Source: Felis catus (taxonomy: Eukaryota). From it: 64,000 nt of DNA. The first letter of the stretch is position 1. Each line of letters begins with the position of its first letter. Below are positions 1 to 13,800 of the stretch, piece by piece. The stretch is taken from NCBI RefSeq assembly GCF_018350175.1, contig NC_058368.1, positions 130,574,001-130,638,000 on the forward strand, given 5' to 3'. The notes beneath the pieces are model-generated. The model had not been told where the DNA came from. It saw only the letters and a program-made list of their open reading frames with translations, and did no database searches. The position numbers and the translations under genes were made by a program.

Positions 1-762
1 CTATTTATTTCTGCTGCAATTTTTGTTACTGCCTTTCTTGTACTAATGTTGGGCTCTTTCTCCTTACTTGAGGTATAAAATTAGGTTATTTGAAAAATAA
101 TTTTTTTTAGGTAGGCATTCATTGCTATGAGCTTCTCTCTTGGAACTGCTTTTGATGAATTCTACAAATTTAGGTATACTGGATTTCCATTTTCATTAAT
201 CTCGAGGTACTTTTTTTTTTTTTTACTGGATTTCTTTGCTGACCCATTAATTCTTAAGTGCCGTGCTGTTTAACTTCCACTTATTTTAGTATTTTCAAAT
301 TTATTTCTTATGATTGATTTTTAGTTTCATACCATAATGGTCAGAGAAGATGCTTGCTAAGACTCCAGCCTGCTTAAATTTAGTTAAGACTTGCTTTGTG
401 GCATAATGAATGACTGTACTGGAGAATGACTAGGCACTTGAAAGAATGTTCTGGTGTTTTTACATGGAATGTTCTGCACACATCTTTTAAATCCATCTGT
501 TACAATGTGTCATTTAAAGTCATTGTTTCCTGATTGATTTTCTGTCTGGATTATCCATTTATTGATTCAAGGGGGGAATTAAAGTTCCCAACTATTATAA
601 CATTGCTATTTCCCCTTTTAGGTCTATTTACATTTACTTTATATATTTAGATACCCCATGTTGAGTACATACATGTTTATAAATTCTTTCTTCTTGGATT
701 GACCTCTTTATCATGATGCAATGCCTTTCTTTTTCTATTCTTACTGTCTATATTTTATTTCT

Positions 763-947
763 ATTTTTTTTAATGTTTGTTTATTTTTGAGACAGAGGAA
801 GGGGCAGAGTGAGAGGGAGACACAGAATCTGAAACAGGCTCCAGGTTCTGAGTTGTCAGCATAGAGCCCGATACGGGGCTCAAACCCACAAACGGTGAGG
901 TCATGACCTGAGCTGAAGTCTAACCAACTAAGCCACCCAGGCACTCC
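763..947 (-). mobile_element. Can-SINE (SINEC_Fc-like)
   Basis: T-tail, GA-rich tract, tcatgacctgagctgaagtc...gccacccaggca end. Confidence 0.92.
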
Positions 948-1097
948 TTTATTGTCCGTATTTTAAAGTCTGTTTTGTGTAAGGATAGCTATCCCAATTT
1001 TTGTTTTGTTTCCATTTGCGTGAAATACCTTCTTCCATCCCTTCACTTTCAAATCTTGTGTTTCCTTAAGTCTGTAGTGATTCTCTCTCGTCTCTCT

Positions 1098-1314
1098 CTT
1101 TTTTTAATGTTTATCTATTTTTGAGAGAGAGAGAGATCAGGTGCACAAGCAGGGGAGGGTCAGAGAGAGAGAGAGGGAGACACAGAATCCGAAGCAGGCT
1201 CCAGGCTCTGAGCTGTCAGCACAGAGCTCCATGCGGGGTTGGAACTCAGGAACCATGAGATCATAACCTAAGCTGGAGTCAGACACTCAACTGACTGAGT
1301 CACCCAGGCACCCC
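1098..1314 (-). mobile_element. Can-SINE
   Basis: Full antisense SINE body, flanked by gtagtg(a/c)ttctct duplication. Confidence 0.92.
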
Positions 1315-4300
1315 AGTAGTGCTTCTCTTATAGGCAGCATATGGAGCATTATTATTATTATCCATTCAGCCACCCTTTTTAAAATAATTATTGATAGGCA
1401 TGTATTTGTTGGCATTTTTACTGTTTTCTAGCTGTTTGGTGGATCCTCTCCTTCATCTCTTGGTTTCTTTTTTGGTGGTCTTAGGACTTTCTCTAGTGGT
1501 ATGCTTAGATTCCTTTCTCTTTTGGCCCTCTATTACAGGTTTTTGCTTTGTGTTTACCATAAGGCGTATATATATGAACTTATAGTAGTCTATTTTAAGT
1601 TGATAACAGCTTAAGTGAACACATTCTAAGGCTTTACATTTTCACTCTCTTGTCTCCTGCCACACACACATTATGTTTTTTATGTCCAATTTTATATCGT
1701 TTACTCTTGTGTATACCTTCACTATTATTTTTTCTTATTTTCTCTTTTAATCATTATACCAGCTTTATAAATGATTAATCCACTATTTTAACTATGTACT
1801 CACCTTTACCAGTGAGGTTTATACTTACCTAATTTTTGTTACTAATTAGTTCCCTTTCTTTGCAGCTTACCATGTTTACTGTAAGACTAGTTTAGTGGTA
1901 ATGAACTCCCTTAGCTTTTGCTTTTCTAGAAAACTGGTTACTCTCCTTCACTTCTGAAAAACTTCACTGGGTAGAGAATTATTGGTTGGGAATTATTTCC
2001 TTTTAGCACATTAAATGTATCATGCCACTCCCATCTTGCCTGCCATATTTTTCTTCTAAAAAATCTGCTTATTTCTTATATGGGTTCCTTTGTCTGTAAC
2101 AAATAGTTTTTCTCTTGCTTTTAAGATGGTCTCCTGCCTTAAACTTTTTACATTTTAACTTTAATGTGTCATTGTATAGGTCTTTTTTGATCTTGTTACT
2201 ATTTGGGTCACCTGGATCTGGATATCTGTTTGCTTCCTCAGTTTAGGGAAGTTTTCAGTTATTTTTTTAAAGCAATTTTCTGTCTTCTTCAGCTCCTGCA
2301 ATGTGAATGCTTGTCAGCTGAGTTTTGTACCCTAAGTCCCTGCTGAATCTAGTCTACTGTTGAACCCCTGTCATGTATATTTCAGTTCAGTTATTGTATA
2401 CTTGAGCTCTGTGACATCTTGTTTGTACTTGTTTCTGTTTATCTCTTTGTTGAACTTTTTACTGTTCATCATTTCCAAAATTTGGTGAGTATCTTTATTT
2501 TTGGTTTTCTTTTCTGATGTCTCTTTTTTTTTTTTTTAATTTGGAACACATTTCTCTGTTTGTTTATATTGCTTGACTCTTGTGGTCCATATGCGTTAGA
2601 AGAAACTGCCTTCTCTCCCAGTTTTAAACCGTGCCTTGTGTAAAAGATGAACCTGATCATTCAACCCTGCCTCAGCTCCTGGTTGTCTTTCAAGCAGGTG
2701 TTTGAAAATATGTACATATTTGTACATATCCAAATAGCCAATTTTATTTTTAATAGTTCCCAGGAGTTGAATGTGTACCAAAACCAGGCAGTGTTTCAGA
2801 GGGGGTGGGAATCTTAACTCCTAGATTAAGCTTGATTGGAGTGCAGGCCTCAGGCAGCAGCTTTTAAAAAGAATGCAAATCTATCCAATTCTGTAAGGCC
2901 ACAAGAGAAATGCCACTGGCCACCAGAAACAAGCAATTTAGAAGTACCCATGGGGTAGCAGTCATAAAAATGGAGCTCCAAACAAGTGTTCCTAGATGTG
3001 TGCTATTTCTGAAGCCTGCCTCGAAAGCCATAGTTCCAGAACACGTGATTAGGCCTCTTCCACAGAAAGGCTGGGGATGTGTTTCAATCTGTGCAGTGCC
3101 CTGGGGTGGTAGCCTGCAAAAATTGTCTCTCTGGTTACACTGTCATGGGACCTAGTAACACAAACCCCCACAGGCATCAGATCCAGGAGAATAGGGGGTG
3201 TTCCTTGGGTGGCAGCTGCAAAACCCAGAACACCAGACACATACAAGAGATTGCCTCCAAGAGATACTGGTGCTAAGTGACAATGGGTGGATGTGAGGAT
3301 TGTGCCCACCTTGAAAAGTCTCTGGAAAGCTTGTCATCAGCCCCTAGATATGTGTTTAATTAGATCTCAGCTACCATGATAAGGTCCTAAGCCTCTTTCA
3401 CAGAAAGACTGGGTTCCTATGTCCGTTGCTTCTTTCTGTACACTGAAGGTGGTAGCTTTTTCAGAAATCAGAGGAAGAGCAGGAAGATGGTGGCTGCAGC
3501 CTTCATCCCTGGAGAGTACAGCGGACTAATGCTTTAAAAGAAGCAAATTTCAAAGGACCGCTTCTGTGTTGGGCACTGGAGCACAGGGGTCTGCATACAA
3601 GCACTTTAAGGCCAATTACTTAGTTCACCACAGACTCACAGGTTGGTTTTCAAAGCCAGATATTTGGGGGCAATCTCTCTCATGTGCCAGTCTTCCTAAT
3701 GTGGGTTCCTATGCTGAGAAACCTGTGTCTCAGCCTTTCCTACCTGCTTCCATGTATTTTATCCCCAAAGGGCAATGTTCCACATTTCACTATAGATAGG
3801 GGTTATCCATGGAAGGAGGTGAGTTTAAGATCTTTGTGTATCACTATCTTGAACCAGAACCAAGAGGTGGATTTATTAGATTGAAGGATATGCAGACTTT
3901 CATAGTTTGTTGAATATACATTTTTCAATATCAGGAAAAAATGAACTACAGTACCAATTCTCCACTGGAAGAATAATTCTTAAGCAACATGACTCAGTAG
4001 CCTAATAAGACCATTAGGAATAAATGTTGAGCACAGTAACACGGTAATACCATTTTGATATTTAAAAAAAAGCATAAAAGAATGAATAATGGAAACATAA
4101 AGTAGCTTTTCTGCATTGAGGAAGCCTGGGTTTATACTTTTACTGGTGATCCTTTCAGTAAGCAGCACATGCTACTTGGGTGATAGCATAATCTGTTTGA
4201 TCCACCCCTGAGAAATTCTATTTTTATATAATCTTCTCAGAAGGAGCTATAATGAACTGGATCAGTATAATGACCAGAAAAAACAACTGGAATTTGAAGG

Positions 4301-5109
4301 TTCACTTTAAATTAAAAACAAATGTGTGTTCATAGTGAGACCATGAAACATAAGTCACTGCAGTATATATAAACAGAATTCTGTTCCTTACATGTAGTTT
4401 GGGAATGAACTTTGAACACAGCTGTAAGCTCATTATAATTTTTGTTGCACTTAGCCCATCGACATGTATACCCAAAGTGGGCAGAAAATCCAATGAAACA
4501 TCTGGTCCTGCGAAATTGGAAATTTTGACAAAGTGAGAGTTGAGCAGGTGGACAGATTTAGATGTTTGAAACAGGCCAAATGATTAGTGGCAGTTTATAG
4601 AAACAAATTTATCTAACTCATGCGAATATTAGCTTTCACTTCTTTGGTCAACCACTATGCATCCTGTTTTCTTAACAATAAGGAGTGTGGAACCACAATT
4701 TTTGAGGGCTTTTGTTTTCATATTTCCATTTGGTTCAAGAATATAGATGAAAGAAATAAAAGCTCTATCAAGGACATGCTAAGAAACATACAGAAGGTAA
4801 AAGATGTACTCAGTATTGAAGAAAGTGTAGGATTTTAAGGGGCACAGGTACAGATTCATAGCCTTTCAGTGAGGAAGAGGAAGAACTAACACACATAGGT
4901 GGAAATGCTAGTTAAGGTGACTAATAGTGAAAAGACCCAATTATATTTGTTACAGGTTCGTGGTAGTATTCTGGATTATTTTAATTTTTAGCTTTTTAAA
5001 TTGTGAAATGAGCGTATGCTATTTCTATAAGAAAATAAGTAACAACAAAAGAAGCCAGTAATTATATGTGATTTGTGAGTTGTATTTCAAATCTCATCTT
5101 GGAGGGCAA

Positions 5110-5415
5110 TGGTAGTGTTTGAAAGAGCAGCAGCATTACCTGTAAACTTGTTAGAAATGCAAATTTTTGAATTACACTGAAGCAGACTCTCTAGACGCAG
5201 AACACAATAATTGGTGATATTATAAGGTCTCCAGGTGATTTTCTTTTTATTTGGTTTGGAGAGAGACAGGTAAGAGCAGAGAGAGAAAGGGGACAGAGGA
5301 TCCTAAGTGAGCTCTCAAGGACCATGAGATCATGACATGAGCTGAAGTGGGATGCTGAGCCACCCGGGTGCCCCAAGGTCTCTAGGTGATTTTGATGCAA
5401 CTCAAGTTTGAGACC
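5110..5415. mobile_element. MER5A-like hAT DNA transposon relic split by a SINE
   Basis: agcagcattacctg..aacttgttagaaatgcaaatt and caggtgattttgatgca..tcaagtttgaga motifs. Confidence 0.7.
5243..5374 (-). mobile_element. Short, internally deleted Can-SINE with 19-bp TSD
   Basis: TSD aaggtctc(c/t)aggtgatttt at 5224-5242 and 5375-5393. Confidence 0.88.
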
Positions 5416-5807
5416 TATTGTTATAAGATATCATCATTTCCTTTTAAAATATCAACCAAATGTAACTTAAACACATTAAATAACTTACCAAGGTCACTCA
5501 GATGGCAAGGGATAGAGTGAGGATTATAAATGAGCCTTTTTGAGATCATAAGCAAGTATATTTTCTGTTAAGTACCATTACCTTCAATAAGAATGTGTTT
5601 CTTAAAAAAGGAGCAAGTGTATATAGCTATTATTGGGCTGACATAATTTATTTTGGCATCTGTAAATGCACAATTGCTGGAATGATTGTTAAATGAGAAG
5701 TTAAAGTTTCCTTATAATTACAACACGTACAAGGCTCAGAAACTGGCTGAACTGCAGAACATCGTCTATATTTCTGAAAAGTATAATTAAATGAATGGAA
5801 AACTAGC

Positions 5808-6140
5808 ATCTTGTTAGTTTGGATTGCTATAACACAGTAGTCTACACTGGGTGAGTTTTACAAACAATAGAAATTTCTTACAGTTGTGGCAATCTTGGAC
5901 TCAAGATTAAGGTGCTAGCACAGTCAGGTTCTAGTAAGGACCCTCTTCCAGATAGTATATTGCCCTGCAGACATCTCACTGTTGTCCTTAAACAATGGAA
6001 AGAGAGTAGCTAGCTCTCCTGCCTCTTCTCATAAAGGCACTAACACCATTCACAAGGGCTCTACCCTCATGACTTAATTACTTCTCAAAGATCCCACTCT
6101 AAATACCATCACATTGGGGATTAGATTTCAACATATGAAT
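5808..6140 (-). mobile_element. MaLR solo LTR (MLT1A/B-like), truncated by the NUMT
   Basis: ctaccctcatgacttaattac...aataccatcacattggggattagatttcaacatatgaat motif; the last ~30 bp expected for this LTR are missing. Confidence 0.8.
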
Positions 6141-6141
6141 C

Positions 6142-6163
6142 GGTTCAAATCCTCTCCCTAACA
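6142..6163 (+). pseudogene. 3' fragment (T-arm and acceptor stem) of mitochondrial tRNA-Leu(UUR), part of the NUMT
   Basis: ggttcaaatcctctccctaaca directly upstream of the ND1 ATG, as in the mammalian mtDNA gene order. Confidence 0.85.
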
Positions 6164-6165
6164 AC

Positions 6166-6973
6166 ATGGTTATAATTAATATTCTTTCATTAATCATTCC
6201 TATCCTCCTCACAGTAGCTTTTCTAACATTAGTCGAACATAAGGTATTAGGACATGTACAACTTCACAAAGGACAAAACATGGTAGGGCCATATGATCTG
6301 CTTCAACCCACTGCAGACACCATAAAACTCGTCACCAAAGAACCCCTCTGACCTGTCACATCCTCTATATCCATATTCATTATAGCACCCATCCTAGCCC
6401 TAACCACATATTCCTCTACCCATACCATATCACTTTATCAACATAAACTAGAAGTACTATTCATACTAGCTATATCAAGGCTTGCCGTTTACTCAATCCT
6501 ATGATCAGGATGAGTCTCAAATTTAAAATATGCTGTAATTGGAGCTCTACCAGCCCTAGCCCAAACAATCTCATACGAAGTCACATTAGCCATTATTCTC
6601 CTATCAGTATTGCTAATAAATGGGTCCTTCACACTAGCTACATTATCACCCAAGAACACACATGAGTAATCCTTCCGCATGACGGTTGGCCATAATATGA
6701 TTCATCTGAATATTAGCGGAAACAAATTGGGCTCCATTCGATCTAACAGAAGGAGAATCAGAATTCACTTCCAGATTCAACTTTGAATATACAGCAGGTC
6801 CCTTCATCCTATTCTTCATAAAGGCATATGCAAACATTATCATAATAAACATCCTCACAACAACCCTACTCTTCGGAGAATTCCACAACCCATATATACT
6901 AGAACTATATACCGTTAGCTTTACTGTCAAAACCTTACTCCTAACAGTCACTTTCCTATGAATTTGGGCATCC
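6166..6973 (+). pseudogene. ND1: NUMT: NADH dehydrogenase subunit 1 pseudogene, 3'-truncated, with indels
   Basis: Translation [61 protein letters not shown], then [42 protein letters not shown]; ends at the FLWIRAS-equivalent; frameshifts and CpG decay. Confidence 0.97.
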
Positions 6974-7326
6974 GCATGTGGTCTGTGATAACCATGAGAT
7001 TAAGAATTGGCCTAATAGTCCCAATAAGGTTTTTGGTAGGAAAGAGTGAGTACAGACCCTGGAGCAGTGAACACAAGCTCTCTCATATGCCTTAATAGCA
7101 GGAAGAGAATTTATTTACATGAGCCTTGGAGGTTAAAAGTTGGAGTTCAAAATTTGGACTCAGTGTTTCATTGATTACTTCCCCTTTTATTGTGCCTTCA
7201 TAAAAATACTAAAAAAGTTAGGAAAGATATTTATGACATTATAGTTGTTTTGGCATCTTTCCATTCAGTTGCCTTTAGAGTTATAAAATTGTTAGATTTA
7301 AATTGTAAACTTTAGCATTTGAATTT

Positions 7327-7510
7327 ATTTTTAAATGTTATTTTTGAGAGAGAGAGAAACACATGAGTGAGGGAGGGGCAGAGAGAGGATCCAAAGCAGC
7401 TCCACCCCTAACAGCAGGGAACCTTATTCTGAGCTCAAATCCAGGAGCTATGAGATCATGACCTGAGCCAAAGTCAGTGGCTCAACCAACTGAGTCACCC
7501 AGGTGCACCC
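7327..7510 (-). mobile_element. Can-SINE
   Basis: Antisense SINE body ending cacccaggtgcaccc. Confidence 0.88.
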
Positions 7511-8240
7511 AGCACTTACATTTCTTAATGCATAGTAAAAACTTGTGTAAAAAGGTGTCATGGGTAAAAATCTCTTTAAGTATTTAGTATTTGTTTATAG
7601 TCCATCTCTGTGTTATGCAGAAGCAAAATTTGTAGAAACTGCATTCTAAAAAATGTTTAAATGCAAGTAAAATCCTAATTTTGGACCTTGGCAAAAGTAA
7701 TTTGATCGGATTTAGAAAGTAACCACTGACATGATTCTAATCAGATTTCAGAAACTCAAATCTACTAGATCACTAAGAAATTTTATTGAGCTTTGATGCT
7801 CACCAAGATTTTCATCATCAATAACCTTGATAGCATAATTCAGTATGGATGGATTTAGAATAAAATATATCTCACTTTTAAAGCACAGTCACTGTAACTT
7901 CGGACTATTTCTTGGTAGTATGTCTATACTTTGTCTGCAGGAGTGTCAGGAAAAATACTAAGAGCAATGACTTGGGTTTCCCCATCTCCTTTGCTTTGTG
8001 GGGGAAGCTATTAATAATAATGTAGTTTTCACAAATTTTATTTTCCTTTGTTGTGCCTTTCTGATTGAAAACCTCATGTAAGTGTGTACAAGACCTCATT
8101 ATTGTCCCAACTGTGGGATGTTTTTCCATCTAGTTATTATGAAAAGGTCAGAATCTAAGGACTTCTGACTTGTCACAGATTGAAATAGCATGGGTGGACA
8201 GGGCTGTCTTCTGAAGTGTTTCTCTGAAAGACTCTTCTTT

Positions 8241-8390
8241 GGGGTATCTGGCTGCCACAGTCCATTAAGCATCCAACTCTTGATATTGGCTCAGGTCATA
8301 ATCTCACTGGTTCGCGGGAACTACCCCGAGCTTTGTCAGCCCAGATACTGCTTGGGATTCTGTCTCCCAAAATAAACTAAGAAAAAAAAA
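8241..8390 (+). mobile_element. Degenerate, internally deleted Can-SINE
   Basis: ggctcaggtcataatctcac, ctgcttgggattctgtctc, aaaataaa tail. Confidence 0.75.
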
Positions 8391-9449
8391 AGGAATCTTT
8401 TCTGAACACTGGAAATATAACTAGTATCTTAATTTATGCTTATTTATTTTTATCAACTAGTAAAAGGTTTATCAATAGATACTGACCCTGCTTTCAACTG
8501 TTAGAACTAGTGACCACTATTAAACTAAAATCATTTTTTTTAGATGGTCTCAAAACTATATTGGCTTAAATCCTACAATTCTGAACAGGATTGGATTATC
8601 TATTGGTTCATGTTGAAAAGACCCAGAACTATTTACTAAAAAGTAATCTTGGCTCAGTTTTCATGCCTCTCGCTTGACAAATCATAAGGAAAAGTATGTA
8701 GTACTGTCATTCACTTAGTTGCATTTGTAATTTTGACTATTGACAAAGAATCAGCATTACAGAATACATATGCACTGTAGCTTTTTAATTGAACCATAGT
8801 TCTCAAAGATCAGCCTAACTTGTCCTCAACAATAGGCAGAATGATTAGCATTCCTGTCATCTGTAAATATTTTTTGTGCAATGAGTATTTTCTCTGATAT
8901 ATAAAAGTAACATATTGAAAATGGCACATACATAGCAAACAAAACTGATAGCATTTGGGTTTGCAAGTATGGAAGCATAATGCCCCTATTTCTTGAGTTC
9001 TTTATATTTTAGTAATTGTCTTGAATTGTGTGCATGGACTATTTCCAAAGTCATGTATTTCATGTAAAAATCCAAGAATAAAATAAATTACGGAGAGTAA
9101 TCAAATGTGGTTAGGACTCCCCAGTACTTTTGTAAAAATAACCTCCTTCTAATTTCCTCCGAGCTTGAGAAAGTACTTGAGTGGATCTTCTTGTCCCTTT
9201 GGAAGAAGGAATTTCAACACCCTCAACACAGCAAAAATCTTGGAAAGTTATCAGCCTTGATTGAAGATGAAATGGTAAATATCTACTTATGAAGTGAGGT
9301 CCAAAATTTTATGGTTTGCCAAATTCCATACCATGTCATGATCCCCTTAAATTGCGAACTGGTACTGTGCATCAAGTAATGACAAATCATTACACATTGT
9401 CTCTACTAGTCACCTTTCCAGTTAGTCCCTACATGCCTCGTTTATTTTT

Positions 9450-11160
9450 TTTAAGAAATAAAATAGCATACATACAGTTAAAGTTCCTTATGTTCCCCCT
9501 ACACAAGCCAACTTTGTCCACCCCTTCCCTCAAAATGAAATCACTATTCTTAGGTTAGGATACTGGTGTCTAAATTTTAAAATTTCTATTATGTACATAT
9601 ATATCCATGAAAAGAAACCAATCTGCTTGCTGTGTTTTTAATATCTGTAACTGTATTGCATTCTGCACATTAAAGATTTTTAATTACTCCATTAAACATT
9701 TAGAACTAGTGATTCTTAGTTCTTTTGGTAGTATACAGTATTACATTGATATATGCACTATGGTTTAATTCTCTGTCCCTTCACTGATAGATATTTGTGT
9801 TGTCTTGTTTTTCTCTATTACAAATAATTCTATTGGCTGCACTGTGCATAGTTTTTGCACATAGGTTTGAGAGGGTGCTAAGAAATTGAATTCTTAGTTT
9901 GTAGGACATGCTGTCAGTATAATGGGTTTGAAATTACATTACTTGTGTTTTGCATTTTCCCAACTTCTAGTAATATTGTGGCCTCTGTTTTCATCCTTAT
10001 TTGCCTAATTGTGTTCTCTTGGGTTACAACATATTCTTTGGCAATTTTCTACTGGATTATATTCTTACTGACCGATAGGAATTATTCTGAGTTTTTCCAC
10101 TGTCTGTAATACATATTGGTTGTATTTTCTAGGTTACTTCTCTCCCTTTAATTTTCCGGTCTCTCTGTGCTGTTGAAGTTGTAAATGTTAGAGTCAGAAT
10201 TACTCATCTCTTATGATTTATATCTTTTAAAGGAAAACCTCCACTGCCTAAATTACAGTTTTAATTTTTTGTTCACGTTTAGGTCTGTATCATATACATA
10301 ATATATCTACTTCCTACCCTGGTATATATAAAAGCCCCACAAAGGCTTTAGTCTCTACTTGAGTGTTTTTCCTATTGGTCTTTCTTTCCCTCAGACAATA
10401 GCATACATCCTAATCACCTTAGCTTTATAATAAGTCTTGATATTTGATGAAACCAAGTCACCTCATTAGTTCTCTGATGTAAATTTTTGAAATCATCTGA
10501 GAAATTACAGGAAATTTTGATTATAATTGCACTGAATCTTAGGACTAATTTAAAAATAATTTACATCTTTAGTCACGCTTTCTATACCTAAAGGTTATAC
10601 ATGTATCTTAGCATTTATTTAGGCATTTTATAGGTCTCATATATCTATTTGGAGCTTACTTTTATTGAGGTATAACCAGTATAGAGTAAAATAAATCCTC
10701 TGGCCAATTTTGACAAATGTGTAAAGTCATGTAACCTCTACCTCAAAACACTTTCATTACCTCCAAAAGTTTCCCTGCATGCATTTATATTAATGTGCTC
10801 CCCACTCACGAGCCCTTGTCAACCACTAATTTGATATTTCTTTCTAGAGTTTTTCCTTTCCAGGATACCATATAAATCAAATCCTGCTCTTTTTTCACTT
10901 AGCATCATACTTTAAGATATACCTGTGTTGTTCTTTAAAAGAGAAAACTCCTTTTTAGCACTATTATTTCATTGACTGGACATACTATGATTATTTATCC
11001 ATGCACCTGCTGATGGACATGTGGAATGCTTCTAGTTTAAAGTATGAATGAAGCAGTCATAAATATTGACTCACAGGTTTCATGTGGACATACTTTTGCA
11101 TTTTTCATGGGTAAATACCTAATTATTGATTGGATTGCTCATTCTTACAGTAAGAGTATT
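9450..11160 (-). mobile_element. Ancient L1 (L1MB-ME type) 3' fragments
   Basis: Antisense L1 3'UTR/ORF2 motifs, e.g. ttttcacttagcat, tttatccatgcacctgctgatggacat, ttgcactgaatct. Confidence 0.65.
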
Positions 11161-11449
11161 TACAAAAACTCATTAGTATTCATGACTTGTACACCCACCC
11201 CAGCCACCGCAGTCAGGAGGGGATAGTTAGGGGTATGAGCAGATTTATCTACTCTGGGGCACAAAAAAAGAGGCTGTGGTTTGACATAACAACCAGAATA
11301 TAAAGAAACTGACTCTAAAATTTTGCTAAATAGCAGGGAAATAGCTAGAACCCTGCCAGGGTTGGAGGGGCTAGCAAGTGCCACAGTTCATTTACCCCCT
11401 GCACTTGGATAGTACAGAGCAGGAACTGGGATTCCTCTCCAGCCTGCTG

Positions 11450-12060
11450 CATCAGTAGGTTCTGGGCACCTAGCCTATACCAGCTCTAGCCATTTCACCC
11501 TGGGACCTCCAGTGAGGCGCACAATGGGACTTCCTTAGACAATGCTCACTACAGCTCCAGCTATCTCACCAACATGACACAGGCACAAAGCACACCAGAA
11601 CACTCTAGGCCTGTACCCTCACCAGGACACCCCTAGTGTAGAGTGCCCTGGGACCACACTGCCCAGAACATTCAGGGATTTTATGGCTTGTGCCTGCCAT
11701 GGCTCCAGCCATTGCACTCGGGCTCACCAGTGCTCAATGACATAGGATCCACTATTCCACGCTAGTCTGGAAAAACATCCACCCACTAGGGTACTTGCTG
11801 TGATGAGTAACCCAGGAGCCCTCAGCCTGCACTGTCTCAGCTCAGGATGCCCAGCTGCATGGAGCACCCCAGAAGGGAGCGCCCCCATTCTTGTACCCAA
11901 TCGACGTCAGCTATCCTGCTATGGCACCCTGTGCACACAGGACCTGGGGACCATCATGGCTTGTGCCCACTTCAGCTCCATCTATCCCACCAGGATGATC
12001 CATGTGCAGAATACCCCAGGACCCCCAGCCCATGCCAGCTACAACTCCAACTAGACAGCT
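11450..12060 (+). repeat. Degenerate tandem repeat (~68-71 bp period, ~9 units) in the L1 5'UTR
   Basis: cagctccagctatc-like anchor recurs at about 11481, 11552, 11701, 11837, 11905, 11973 and 12042. Confidence 0.7.
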
Positions 12061-13338
12061 AAAGATGTCAAAAGCACCCAGTTGACACAGGGGACATTCC
12101 TATACAAGGCCATTTTTCCAATTTTAGGAGATACAACTGTTTTGGCTAAGTCATAGAAAACAAAAGGTCAAACAAAATGATAGTATATAAGGATATGCTC
12201 CCAACAAAAGAATAAGACAAAACTTTTTAAAAAGAACTAAAAGCAGTAAAGGTAGTAGAATAATCACTTCTAAAGCTAGCGTTAGGAATAAAAAACACTA
12301 ATTAAAAACATATAAACTATGCCAACATACACATAAAATGTGGTACAGGGGACTCAAAATGTAATGGTTTCAGAATAGATACAAAATTAAATGACTATAA
12401 ACTTAATATAGACTACTACATATGTAAGATGTTACATATGAACCTCACTGTGAACACAAAAGCCTTTAAGAGATACACAAAAAATAAAAAGCCAAGCACA
12501 ATATTGATGATTATTCCTTCTCTTGTGATTAAAGAGACACACTATGAAAACCAGTAAACAACTTACAAAGTGGCAATAAATACGTACTGATCAATAGTTA
12601 TTTTAATGTAAATGTCCTAATGCTCTAAACACAAGACATACGTGACAGAGTATATTTTTAAAAAGAAACATCTATATTCTGCCTACAAGGGACTCACTTC
12701 AGACCTCAAGACATAGAGTGAAAGTGAAGGAATGGAAAAAGATATTCCACGCAAATAGAAGTAGAAAACAAAACACCCCCCCAAACCCTAGGTAACAATG
12801 CTTTCATCAAAAATTAGACTTTAAAACAAAGACTCTAACAAGAGACAAAGGCATTATATAATGGTAAAGGGGTCTATCCAAGAAGAGAATATAACATTTA
12901 TAGATATGTACCCAACAGTGGAGTACCTAAATATATAAAACAAATATTAATAGACATAAAAGGAAAAAAAGACTAATACAGTAATAGTAAGGCACTTTAA
13001 AACTCCACTTAGATCAAAGGATAAATCATCCAGACAGCAAATCATTAAGGAAACAATGACTTTGAAAGACACATTAGCCCAAATGGACTTTACAAGTATA
13101 TACAGAAAATTCCATCAAAAACAGAATATACTTCTTTTCAAGTGCACATGGGTCTATCCTCAGGGGAAATCACGTATTAGGCCATAAAACAAGTTTGAAT
13201 ATATTTCAGAAGACTGAAATCATATCAAGCATCATTTCTCACCACAACATTATGAAACTAGATAGCAATTACAAGAAACACACACATATACAAACCCATG
13301 GAAGCTAAATGACATGTTGGTCAACAACCAATGGGTCA

Positions 13339-13558
13339 GGGGCACCTGAGAAGTTCAGTTGGTTAAGCGTCCAACTCTTGATTTCAGCTCTGGTCATGTT
13401 CTCACAGTTCCTAAGATGGAGTCCTGCATCAGGCTTTGTTCTGTCAGTGTGGAGCCTGCTTTGGGATTCTCTCTCCCTCTCCCTCTCCCTCTCTGCTCTT
13501 CGCCTGTGTGTGTGCTCTCTCTCTCTCTCTCAAAATAAGTAAATAAATATAAAAAAAA
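13339..13558 (+). mobile_element. Can-SINE
   Basis: Full body, CT tract, A tail; flanking aatgggtca duplication. Confidence 0.92.
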
Positions 13559-13800
13559 TGGGTCAATGAAAAAATACATGGAGACAAATTAAAATGGAAA
13601 CAAAATGGCCCCAAATTTTGGGGATATAGGAAAAGGAGTTCTAAGAAGTTCATAGCAATACAGGCCCTCCTTAGAAAAACAAGAAAAATGTCAAACAAAG
13701 AAAAACAAAGCCCAAAGCAGATAGAAGGAATGAAAGAGACTTAAAAGAATAGAAATAATCCATGAAACCAAGAGATGGTTCTTTGAAAAGATAAACAATT

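Larger units (their letters stand above)
1..3790 (-). mobile_element. Degraded LINE-1 (older carnivore/L1MA-type): 5'UTR, ORF1 and endonuclease part of ORF2; continues off the window start
   Basis: Reverse complement shows L1 EN-domain DNA (e.g. aataatagttgggaactttaa ~575-600, tgcctataagag ~1330), ORF1-like sequence ~1870-2470 and a repetitive 5'UTR ~2500-3790. Interrupted by two SINEs. Confidence 0.85.

Noticed and set aside
6166..6351. 61-aa ND1-like ORF as a functional nuclear micropeptide
   Set aside because: Substitutions hit conserved residues in a CpG-decay pattern, and there is no evidence of a promoter or of selection.
8484..8582. Candidate exons after polypyrimidine-AG sites (also ~50824)
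   Set aside because: All three frames hit stops before a convincing donor site; no recognisable protein.
11450..12060. CRISPR-like periodic array
   Set aside because: Eukaryotic context; whole units are degenerate homologues with no repeat-spacer architecture, and it is part of an L1 5'UTR.
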